A DNA stretch of 63,502 nucleotides, filler included, from Folioceros fuciformis (Eukaryota), in NCBI GenBank assembly GCA_049999805.1. It is 18 parts of 18 records of this genome, joined end to end, with 100 filler letters (N's around TTAATTAATTAA, not from the genome) between each part and the next. Parts side by side here need not be neighbours in the genome. Positions count along the whole stretch, not along the records: positions 11,834 to 13,035 come from JBNGIO010002827.1; positions 13,136 to 15,982 come from JBNGIO010002828.1; positions 16,083 to 19,466 come from JBNGIO010002829.1; positions 19,567 to 22,670 come from JBNGIO010002830.1; positions 22,771 to 23,829 come from JBNGIO010002831.1; 13 more parts are not named here. One strand, written 5' to 3'. Position 1 is the stretch's first letter, and each line of letters starts with the position of its first letter. The notes under the pieces are model-generated. The model was not told the origin of the DNA. It saw nothing but the letters and a program-made list of their open reading frames with translations, and did not search any database. Positions 12,743 to 23,829 of the stretch are shown here, piece after piece. Made by a program: the position numbers and the translations under genes.

Positions 12743-13135
12743 CGTCACGCCCGAAATGCGAAGGCAGACAGTCACACACGCCGAATGTGAGTCACGTCAA
12801 CGCCAAAATGGATGACAGAATCGTCGGTTCCACCAAGTCCGGTGCGAACCACATGGACCACAAGATGCAAGATTCGCAAGGTGGTGTTCCTGGCCAAGCT
12901 TAGAAACGCGGCGAGGAGAGACGAGTGACAGGATAGAGCGCAGGCGCTGTTCCTCAGACACTCGTGTCCGCTCAAGAGGGATAACGGGCTCCGTAGACGC
13001 TCCCAAAATGAAGGCCGCCTCAAACAGGGAGTATTNNNNNNNNNNNNNNNNNNNNNNNNNNNNNNNNNNNNNNNNNNNNTTAATTAATTAANNNNNNNNN
13101 NNNNNNNNNNNNNNNNNNNNNNNNNNNNNNNNNNN

Positions 13136-15982
13136 CCTCGGCACTCAAGACATCGTGGCTCCTTGACTCTGCGGCTACTACTCACATTTGCAGTTCCAAG
13201 CATATGTTTACTACCTATGAGGTTTCTTCTGATCCTCCACGGTACGTGCTCCTAGGAGATGATTCCGGTCTTGCCATTCATGGCATAGGGACGGTAACCT
13301 TCAAATTAGAAGATGGTTCTATCCTTATGCTGAAGGATGTAATGTATGTTCCACAAATGGCCAAGAACCTTATCTCCATTCGTCATCTTGTGCACGATAG
13401 TTTTTATAAATTGGAGTTTAACAAATCCGCTTGTCTACTCTATCGCTTTTCTCAGCCACACAAGGTGGTTGCTAGAGGTTGTCTTCATAGCGATCTCTAT
13501 ATCTTTTCAGGCACCCTTGTGTCTTCCTCTAGTGTTTCTGTGGTGGACTCGACTAAGGATGCAGTGGCTGCAAGGCACTCGCCCTCCGAGCAAGCCTTTT
13601 TATGGCATTGTAGACTTGGGCACCTTAACTCTGCCAAGCTTCTTGCCATGTCCATGCAGGATCTCTATAGAGACAAGCTTCCCGCCTTGGCCAAGACTCC
13701 CCCATTTTGTGAAGCCTGCGTGTTGGCCAAGTAGCGTAGTGCTCCATACTCTAGTCTTCCTGCACATAGGGCGTCTCAGCCCTTGGAACTAGTACATGTG
13801 GATCTGTGTGGACCTCTACCTGTACCTTCTTTAGGCGGAGCTCGCCATTTTATGACGATTGTTGATGATTACTCTCGTTATACTTTCGTGTATCCGCTCC
13901 GTCTCAAGAGTGACTCCTTTGCTGTGTTCCAGCCTTTTGTCTCGATGGCCGAGTTGCACATAGGCTGCAAGCTGCGGTGCATTCGTTCAGACAATACTGG
14001 GGAACTCAACAACCGGCTCTTCCAAGCCTTCTGTGAAGATAGAGGGATTACTCGCCAATTTACTGTCCCTTACACTTCTTCTCAGAATGGCGTTGCCGAG
14101 AAGGCCAACGATGATCTTATGGCCATGGCTAGAGCAATGCTCACTCAGTCTGGTTTGCCGAAGTCCTTTTGGGCTGAGGCTATCTCCACAGCTTCTTATA
14201 TTAAGAACCGGCTGCTTATGAAGGCTGTTACTGTCGTACACCTTTTGAATGCTGGTTTCGATACAAGCCTCTTATCTGTCACCTTCGGGTTTTTGGCTCT
14301 CCCGCCTATGCCTATATCCCTTCCCCTTTACGAGATAAGCTTTCTTCTCTTGCACGGAAACTTGTATTTGTTGGCTATGGGGAGGACCGCAAGGCTTATA
14401 AGTTAGTAGATACTCAATCTCATGCACTGGTCTATGCTCGTACAGTAACTTTTGACGAAGGCTCTGTGCTGTCTCGTGGCCCTGTTCTGGATGGCGACGA
14501 GGATGATAGTTCTCACACTTCTAGTCCTCATCCCCTGGACGATCTATCCGTTTCCTTTGACTCTACTTCTTCGTCCTTTCCTGATGCGTCTGTTCCAGAG
14601 GCACCTTCATCTCAAGCAGCTCCGGATTCTTTGGATGCTGCTCGAGGGGGGGAAACTGACGATGATGAAGACGAAGACGTTGCATATCCAAACATAGATC
14701 CACCTACTTCAACTCCTGTACCAGATGTGCCTATGACAGGTGACAGGATAGGGGATAGTGCTCCAGAGCGGAGGTATCCTTCACGTTTAAGACAGCCAAG
14801 ACATTTGTGGGGGGAAAAACCATTTGATTTAGAATTTAATCAAGCTGGATTTATTGTTGTTGATCCCACTATGTATTCTCTAGCCATAACCTCTGCTCTT
14901 TCAGAGGGAGATCCTCTCACTCTTAGAGAAGCATATTCTAGACCGGTCGCTGACAAGTGGAAGTTAGCTGTTGATGATGAGTACAACTCTCTAGTCAAAA
15001 ATAACACTTGGCAGTTAGTAGATCTTCCCTCAGGCAGGACTACAGTCAAGTGTAAGTGGGTGCTAAAAACCAAGTTTCAAGAGGTAGAGCCCCGGATAAG
15101 ATACAAAGCCCGGTTAGTGGCCAAGGGTTATAGTCAGCGAGAGGGAGTTGACTATCAGGGTGACCAGGTTTACTCACCTGTTGTCAAAGCAGCATCTATA
15201 AGAATGCTTCTAGCTTTGTGCGCTGAACTTAACCTTACCATTTACCAATTGGATGTCTGCACAGCCTTTTTGTATGGTCATTTAGAAGAAGAAATCTATA
15301 TGGATCAGCCTGAGGACTATGAAGATAAGAAACATCCTCATAAGGTGTGTAAACTTCTACGCTCCATTTATGGGCTTAAACAAAGCCCACACCTTTGGTA
15401 CAAGCGAATTGATACATATCTTAAGAAGATTGGCTTTGTGCAAAGTGAAGCTGATACTAATCTCTATGTACTGCGACGAGACAGTTCACTTGTTTTAATA
15501 GCATTATATGTTGATGACTTAGTCATCCCTGGAAATAATGTGGAGCTGGTTAACCAGATCAAGGCAGATCTCAGTAAAGAATTTGAGATGAAAGACCTTG
15601 GTCAAGTAAAGTATATTCTAGGTATGCATGTTCATAAAGATAGGTCTACAGGAGCTATCTATCTTCATCAGGGAAGATATGTAGCTGGAATGTTGAAGAA
15701 GTTTAACTTGGAACATGCACGAGCCGCTACTACTCCAGGTGCCGTTGGCACTAAGTTGTCCTCCTCATCCTGTCCGCAGTCTGAAGAGGATAAAAAGGAG
15801 ATGGAGAGTGTGCCATATCGAATGGCAGTAGGCACTCTCATGTTCCTAAGCAACTGGACCAAACCAGATATATCTAACACTGTGAATGCAGTTGCACAAT
15901 TCTCTGAGAATCCAGGAAGAGACCACTGGGTTGCAGTTAAAAGAATAATGCGATACCTTAAGGGTACTCCTAATTTCGGTCT
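13136..15982 (+). mobile_element. Ty1/copia pol (protease, GAG-pre-integrase, integrase, RT), lightly degenerate, both ends cut by linkers
   Basis: WLLDSAATTHIC, LWHCRLGH, CEAC, LVHVDLCGP, SQNGVAEK, YKARLVAKGYSQ, IYGLKQS, LYVDDL; stop at 13732; frameshift near 14230. Confidence 0.97.
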
Positions 15983-16375
15983 NNNNNNNNNNNNNNNNNN
16001 NNNNNNNNNNNNNNNNNNNNNNNNNNTTAATTAATTAANNNNNNNNNNNNNNNNNNNNNNNNNNNNNNNNNNNNNNNNNNNNTAGGAAGCCGTCTGCCAT
16101 CCTATATAAGTAGAACGAAGAACTTGAGCCGGAGCCTCCGTTCTTTGATTGTAAGTGTTTTGTGACGAATAGAGAACCAATTTTCATAAGCCTGCATGGA
16201 CATCCTGGCGGAAGGGGGAGCTGCAAGTGCCCTTTCTGTTGCCGATCACAAAGGTTCTTGTGATGTCTGGTTGGGAGTCTTGAACGTAGGGAAATGCGGA
16301 GTTGGATCGTGTAGAAGGTGTTGTGAGGAGACTTGCGGGGAAAGGTGCTGGGTGTAGGTAGTTGGAAGTTGGTAG

Positions 16376-16872
16376 GGGGAGGTGTTGGGGCCCTTCCAAG
16401 TGAAGGAATGGTGCCTTCCTACTGACTGGACGTGTTAAAGGTACGCGGGAAAGGTTGAATGTCGTAGGCAAACGATAAACAGAGTTGGAGGGAGCGGAAT
16501 AGGCTCGGAGGAAAACTTGTTGGTCGCTGGGCGTAGGGAGACGAGCAGCTAGATTGTGGGTAGAGGAAGGTGTTGTAGGGAGCCTTGTGAGGAAAAGGTA
16601 TTGAGTGTAGGGAGGTAGAAATTTGTAGGGGAGGTACTGGGGCCCTTCCAAGTGAAGGAATGGTGCCTACCTACTGGCCGGACGTGTTGCAGGATTGGTA
16701 GGAAGGTGATTGGAAGGTAGAAATTGGTAGGAGAGATACTGGGGCCCTTCCAAGCGAAGGAATGGTGCCTACCTATTGACGGGACGTGTTGTAGGATTGG
16801 TAGAAATCGGTAGAGGAGGTACTGGGGCCCTTCCAAGTGAAGAAATGGTGCCTACCTATTGACTGGACGTGT
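16376..16872. repeat. Four dispersed imperfect copies of a ~55-bp motif in non-coding, LTR-like DNA that truncates the LINE
   Basis: ggggcccttccaagtgaaggaatggtgcc(t) motif near 16388, 16639, 16741, 16824. Confidence 0.8.
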
Positions 16873-17019
16873 GGCAAGATTGGTAGGTACATGGTTGGGA
16901 GAGTTGACTATTGTAGGGGACGATAGACGTAGCTGACCAGGCTCAAAGGGCAGCGATTCCGGGGAAGCCTACAACGACCATAGGATTGATGTGGCCACGA
17001 TACATGTGAGCGGGTGCCT

Positions 17020-18562
17020 GGTAGGGATACCATACCCGCTTGCCCACAGTTAGTCCAAATGAACTTCAAGGATTGCGGCTGACGATGCACTGGGAGGGCC
17101 AGCCACGGATCCTGTACAGCCAAGACAATGTCTCTCAGTTCCTGCCAAGACATGGGCACCGACCCAATATCTACTGGGCTCTCCCCTCGGATACCCTTCC
17201 CGTCTTTCGACAAAGTTGAAATCCCCGGCCAACATCCACAGGATCTGCTCATCCAATTGTTCCCCCAACCTACACCAGAGACTACTCCTGTCAGAGGCAG
17301 CATTGGGGGCATAAATATTACAGATGCCGAGTGGGCCTTGAGGTGTTTGCAACACTAGCCACACAAACCTACCACCCTCAACTTGACCCGACTCCAAGAT
17401 ATTATGAGTGTGTTCTGGGTGAACAGTTATGGATACACCCCCCCTGGTTGCTGATAATCGCTGAGTCGGATAATCCCCACCGCTTGCTTCCTCTGCTCTA
17501 GCTGCCACCCATTCTGTTCTACCTGGAAGAAAAAGCTTCTTCACTTTTTGGATATGCTCCATAGAAAGCTTGTGCTCTTGCAGGCAAACAATATCCCATG
17601 TGACCTCCTCTTCTAACAAGTGCTTCAGCCTCCTACACTTTGAAGCCGTCTTTGTCCATCCCCCCAAGCCCCTAACATTCCATGAAATGATTCGCAGATG
17701 TGTCCCCCTCTCATAGTTTTTTAAGGTGTCAAGACTCATCTATCAAGATTTGCTTGGGAGCTTCCGGACCGCTATAGGTTTAGGCATCCTAGCCCCAGAC
17801 ATGAGTCTAGACCGAGACAGCTGATTATTAGCTTTAAGATGAAGGGTCAGTCTCTGAATCCGTTTAGATTTACGGATGGCAGGCGCACACCTTCTGCCCT
17901 CAACACTTGAGGGCCTCTCAAACTCTCCCACTGCCATGTCTGGAGTCCAGGACCTGTCATTCGCCCACGGCACTTCTAGGGTCCACCTCCATTCAAAAGT
18001 AAGCGGCAAAATTGGTCCCCATGCCTGTTTGAGATGGATGTCAGCAAAATATATGTCACCCGTCTGGTAAACACCACTGAAAAACTCGACCTCCTTGCCT
18101 TCCTTACTCGGAAGAACCCCTCCAGATGACAAGGCAGCAAAAATCCTTTCCTGCCCTGAGTGCAACTGCTGCAATGAGATGATGATAGGGAGCAACTCTC
18201 TCTTGTCTCCTAACTTAGCCAAGTACGAGCAAGTGTTCTGAACCTTCCTCGTAACTGTAATGTTAATTAAGTATTATCTGCCTTCCTGCCTGGTTAGTTT
18301 TTCCAACGTCCAGCTTCCCTGGCCACTAATCACTGTAGGGTTCTTCAGCCTTGGATGGCAGAATCCTTGCTGCGCCACCTTGGCCTGGTCCCAGCTTCTT
18401 TCCCAAGAGCTTAGCGGAGAGGAGCAGCCTTCATCCCCAGAAAAGAGAGCTTGGACTTCATGCCAGACCAGTTCCCCGTCCTTGTCATCCTCTGCACCAG
18501 GAGTGGAGAACAAGTCGTCCTCGGAAGCATACGCAGCATTTTCACGCATGATGAGGCTACCG
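17020..18562 (-). mobile_element. L1-like LINE fragment: ORF1 C-terminal part (to 17743) and ORF2 apurinic endonuclease (ATG 17739), frameshifted and truncated
   Basis: RIISWNVRGLG, IVCLQEHKL, GGVSI, NIYAPN, LAGDFN, then a shifted frame QDPW...KFIWTN. Confidence 0.92.
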
Positions 18563-19466
18563 TGTTAGATAAGATATACATATATAGGTGATATATATAT
18601 ATATTGTATTAAACATTAACCTATAGATAGGTCAAGTAGACTGTGGTCGTTTAGGTTAATGGAGGTGACCTTTAGCCAAGCGTTACCTAGAATGGTATTA
18701 AGACTTTTTTGGTTGTTGACATTCGTTGTTCAATTTATCTACCAAGAGATTAAGCAAGTATTCTCGCTTCCACTCGACAATTTACATGGTATCAAAGCAT
18801 GGTGCTCTGTTTCCTATCTACAGACTCTAAGGATGCCGAGGCAGGGCGGCTGTAGGGGGGGTCAACGTAGTGCACTCCCAAGAAATAGAAGGAGGGAGTT
18901 CCACCCACGAAGACAGACAGCAAGCGTCCCTATTGACAATTTGCTGGATCTTTACGAGCACGACTACCCTGCACTCTAGCTGAGACAATTTGTGGCATAG
19001 CGTAGCAACCCCCCTGGACCGGCTCACGTCCTCAACAGTAATCTTGAGACTGATCGCCTGTATAAGGAGCGCTGCTGCAAGAGAGGACAGAATCCAGAAT
19101 TGTTTTACAGCAATAGGACTGAAGTACCCTCACCTTGCCTTAGACCCCCTGTGCCACATCAACACGCAAACAGCATCAACAGAAACTCTCCACCATTGAG
19201 TAGTAGTCATAGTGCGCAACGCACATCTGTTACCTTGGCTCATGCGGAGAAGGTGCTCACGTTGGCTTTAGCCAACTAGGAATCTGTGAGGAACAGGGCA
19301 GACAGCCTGAATCGCAACGTAGAATTGGCCATATCAGAATGCAAACACGAGATCAAGCAGGATTTGAATTTCGTGACTTATTCTCTGCAAATGATGTACC
19401 TTAGATTGCAAAAACTTGAAGCTGGCTGCAGTTCCGCTGCTGTTGGGTCACAGGCTGAAGAATCCT
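18563..19466 (+). mobile_element. 5' end of a copia-type LTR element inserted in LINE ORF1: LTR 18563-18786, PBS 18787-18798, degenerate extra ORF from 18833
   Basis: TGTTAG...TTTACA (224 bp) directly followed by TGGTATCAAAGC (tRNA-iMet PBS with one mismatch). Confidence 0.85.
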
Positions 19467-19566
19467 NNNNNNNNNNNNNNNNNNNNNNNNNNNNNNNNNN
19501 NNNNNNNNNNTTAATTAATTAANNNNNNNNNNNNNNNNNNNNNNNNNNNNNNNNNNNNNNNNNNNN

Positions 19567-22500
19567 TGGCTGTTACTGGATAGTATCAAATCGTCCACAT
19601 AGACTGCTAGGTAGCATATAACCTCTCCTTTCAAGTATATGTACAAGCTGCTGTCAGCCTGGCTCTTTGTGAACCCAAGCTGTAGAAGTTCTGTGTCTAA
19701 AGCAGCATTCCATTTCATTGCTGATTGTTTTAACCCGTATATACACTTGATCAATTTACATGCATAGTGTCCCTTTCCTTTCACTTCGTACCCTGGTGGT
19801 TGTTGCATGTATATCTTTGTATCAATCTTGTCATTTAGGAATGCAGTTTTAACATCATACATCTGTATCTCATCATCGTAGTATGTTGATATTGCAAGGA
19901 GGATACGAAGTGTGGAGAGTTTAACAACTGGTGAGAACGTTTCAAGATAATCCAAGCCAGGGATTTGAGAAAATCCCCTCGCCACCAAACGAGCTTTGTA
20001 CCGGTCAAAGGTACCATCCGCTTTGACTTTAAGTTTAAAGACCCACTTGCATGAAACCAGCTTTCTGTCAGGAGGTAACTCCACCAGTTCCCATGTTCCG
20101 TTTTCAATTAATGAGTCATATTCTGACTGAATAGCTTTCCGCCATTCTTTGTGATTAGGTTGACGCAGTGCCTCTTCATATGATTGAGGCTCAATAGGAT
20201 CAAGTGAACTTGCAGCATTGACGAGCACATGAGAGGAAGATGGACGAAAGTCCAAAGCACGGTAGTAATCTGGAGGTTGACGCTGACGGGATGGATACCG
20301 TCTACCAGGTTCTTCTGCAACTTGTGGTAGATCAGGTAAGTCAGCGTCTAGGGTAGGCTCAATGATATCAGCAACTTGTTCTTGAGGATGGTAGTCATGT
20401 GGATCCGGAGGATGATCTGGAACATCTGGCTGTACAGGTACTTCAATGGCATCATCAAGGCCAACAAGCTCAAAACCTGCAGGATCACCTAAATCATCAA
20501 CCGGATCTTCCCCCCCCCCATAGGGGCAACATCCTCAACGGGAAGAACTGGGGTGCTGTGATCAGTCTGGTCAAATTGCGAATCAGGGAAGGCAGATAGG
20601 TCTGAATCATCAATGGAGGAATCCTTGGATGCTCCCACTGAAGACCAAGTGCGTCATTCAGCAAAGGTAACGCTTCGAGCATGTACAATCTTGTTTTTAG
20701 AGGCATCATAAAGCTTAGATGCTTTAATGCCCTCTGTATACCCTAACATCAATAGTTTTTGAGATTTATTAAATAACTTCTTCCGTTTTTCCTTAGGGAT
20801 AAAGGCGTATGCGATACATCCAAAGATATGCAAGTGGAGTGTAGAAGGCTTGCGCCCTGTGAACGCTTCATAAGGGGTAAGACCAACTAACGAATTTGTA
20901 GGAAGTCTGTTTTTAAGGTAGGTAGAAGTCATAATAGCTTCTGCCCAGTATGGCAGAGGAAGCTGAGCATGATGAAGGAGAGATGATGTCATCTCCTGCA
21001 GTGATAGGTTGTTTCTCTCAGCCACGCCATTTTGTTGAGGCGTGTAGATAACTGTAAGCTGGCGACCAATACCCTCAGCAGTACAGTAATCCCGAAACTC
21101 ATCAGAGGTAACTCTCCCCCGTTATCTGATCTTAGGGTTTTTAATTATTTGCCGGTCCATCGTTCCACATACTTGAGATACTCTTTAAAGTAGCTAAAGC
21201 ATTCATCTTTGTGCTTTAGAATATAAGATGTAACAAAACGTGTCTTATCATCTGTAAATGTTAGGAAATACTTGCCACCACCAATGGATGCTTATGAGAG
21301 TGGGCCACACAAGTCAGTATGGACAAGTTCCAAGACATCTGAAGCTCTGTGTGGCTCTTTGTTCTTGAAGGCTGCTTGATGGCGCTTTGTAAGAGCACAA
21401 GACTCACATAGTGGAAGTGGCATAAGAGGACCTATCTGCCCATGCTGGTACAAATCATTTGTAGCTTAACAGAGTGTGGATGACCTAGTCGTAAATGCCA
21501 AAGTTTTGACTTCTCTATCTGCTGTACAGACACTTGACAAGATCCTTCAGTCAAATGGGCATGTGGCTTACGACTGTCTGTATGAAGACGAAACAAGTCT
21601 TTCTCTGAAGACCCAAAGGCAAGTATTTTCTGATGATTAAAGGCATCTAACACTTGACATTCTGTTTGAGTAAAAAGAATGTGACAGTGATTATCAAAAT
21701 TCAACTTCCTTATGGAAATTAAGTTACGTGTCATGTCTGGTACGTAGTACACATCATGTAACACTAACACATTTCCTGATGGTACTGACAGGTCTATGGT
21801 ACCAATACCAAGAGATACAAGGGATCTATCATCCCCCAGGTATACGTACTGATCCTTGACTGATCTGTACGTTTGAAATGCCTTTCTGTCCAAGCATATG
21901 TGGGCAGTAGCCCCTGTGTCTAAATACCAGGCTATGGTATGCTGAACCTTTGTATGTGTTGACAAATAGGCAGGTGACAAGACCGAGCTTGTAGCAAAGA
22001 CTGTTGTACCAACTGTGAGGGCAGAGGGGGTTGGTTGCTTCTTAATAACCACGTGAGTCTCAGCGCTGGTTGAACCCTCCTTGCGAGGAACACCAGCCTG
22101 CTTTTTCCTGCATTCACGCTCCCAGTGACCAGGTAACTTGCACCAGTTGCAATTTCCTGTCCTTTTGGGTTTTCTTTGACGGGCTCCACGTCCTTGTGAG
22201 CCACCTCCTCTTGAGGTACTGCCCCCACCCCTATTGTAGGGTCTTCCTCCTCCATGTCCTCAGTTAGAAGTGAAGAGGGCTTGGTGTTTACCAGTGCGTC
22301 TGCTATGTGTTTTGCTAGCCTCCTCTTGCAATAAAGCTCCCACTAACTCTGCAAAGCTTGTTTCAGGTAGGGTTACACCTGAAGCCTTTGCAAGCTTTTC
22401 AGTCTAGAGCTTGGAGGAATTGAAGGATGTCACAAAGTGTGACCAAGAATCTGGTAAGGATATTAGGAAGTATAGTGTAAGTATATCATCCTTTAAGGTC

Positions 22501-22670
22501 TCATTTGTAGCACTTTCCAGTCTTGAGACAAGTGTCCTGAAATGTCCAAGGTGCTTTTCAATTGAGTCTCCTTCCCTCATTTTACATAATTGTAAATTCC
22601 TTAATGCTGTCATTTGACTTGTCTGGTTGCTGCCTGAATACAGGTCTTGAAGTCTTATCCATATTTCAGC
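19567..22670 (-). mobile_element. Degenerate Ty1/copia gag-pol (gag, CCHC knuckle, protease, integrase, RT up to YVDD)
   Basis: SLPDSWSHF, CNWCKLPGHWEREC, WYLDTGATAHIC, LWHLRLGH, QNGVAER, YKARLVARGFSQ, IYGLKQS, VYVDDL; same family as 27826-29115. Confidence 0.97.
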
Positions 22671-22770
22671 NNNNNNNNNNNNNNNNNNNNNNNNNNNNNN
22701 NNNNNNNNNNNNNNTTAATTAATTAANNNNNNNNNNNNNNNNNNNNNNNNNNNNNNNNNNNNNNNNNNNN

Positions 22771-23400
22771 CTCCATCACCTGCCCATACTATTGACTCAC
22801 AGTCACAGCCAACCTCAACTCGACTTCAGTCAGTTGTTCAGCCAGTTGCACACTTACCTGCAGATCAGATCAGTGATGCTACACTTGGTGTAGATGAGAT
22901 AGATGATGCAACTTCTCAAGCTGATATACCAGCAGCTGATCTTGCAATGGATGATTTTGAGCATGTTCAGCATTTAGATTTCGGAGATCAATCCCTCTTA
23001 CCTATTTCTGAACATGAGCAGGCTGCTGAATAGGTTCTCACGTATCTGGAGCCTAAACCAGCTGTGACTGCGTCTCCTGTTCTCGAACCTGTTGTGGAAG
23101 CACGAAGATACCCCATCAGGTTGCATCCTCCACTAGATCAATGGAGTGAACGACCTTATCAGCCTGAAGATTTTTGGCAGCCTCGTTCAGCTCAACTCTG
23201 TGAGGTCTTCTCCACCAGCACTGTTCACCCTGCTGAACCACGCTCAGATAAGGAGGCTATAAACGGCAAGGACAAGCATCACTAGATCCCTTCCATTCAA
23301 GATGAATACGATTCCCTCATGAAGAATGAAACATGGGAACTGTGTCCTTTACCTGCTAGACGCAAAGCTGTGAGCTGTAAATGGATCTTCAAACATAAGT
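22771..23400 (+). mobile_element. Ty1/copia INT-RT linker and RT start, interrupted by another LTR element
   Basis: EPRSDKEAI...DEYDSLMKNETWELCPLPARRKAVSCKWIFKHK. Confidence 0.9.
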
Positions 23401-23829
23401 TGTATTAAAATACTAGGGTATACCAGCCCTAATACGGAATAACGTTTGGTATTTAAGTGGAGCGTTACGTAGTGTAGCGTTTCGCTAAATGGCGTTTCAT
23501 GTTTTAAGTTAGGGTTGAGACGGTTACGAACAGAGCCCTTTTGTATCGCTGTTTCAATGCAAGAATACACTTCTTTGTGCTTTCATGTGTATGCGTGAGG
23601 TGGTCTAATGTTTTGGGTACATATTCTTTATGGTATCAGAGCAGGATCATCCTGACCTGCTAATTGGCACGCTGGTGTGAGACATACAACTGGGCACCCA
23701 GTTGTTCATCCAGTTGTTTGGATGGATGACCAGGCACCCAGGTACGTCTCCCACCTGCACACCAATAGCAGACTATTAATTTTATGGAGTTTCCAGGCCA
23801 ATTCCGATTTCTAGCCTATCATACATATC
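23401..23829 (+). mobile_element. Nested LTR (23401-23630) plus tRNA-iMet PBS (23631-23642)
   Basis: TGTA start at the RT break; ~230 bp; perfect TGGTATCAGAGC; terminal CA reads TA. Confidence 0.85.

Noticed and set aside
11834-13035. Protein-coding gene in contig 3
   Set aside because: Several short ORFs but no motif or consistent exon chain could be built
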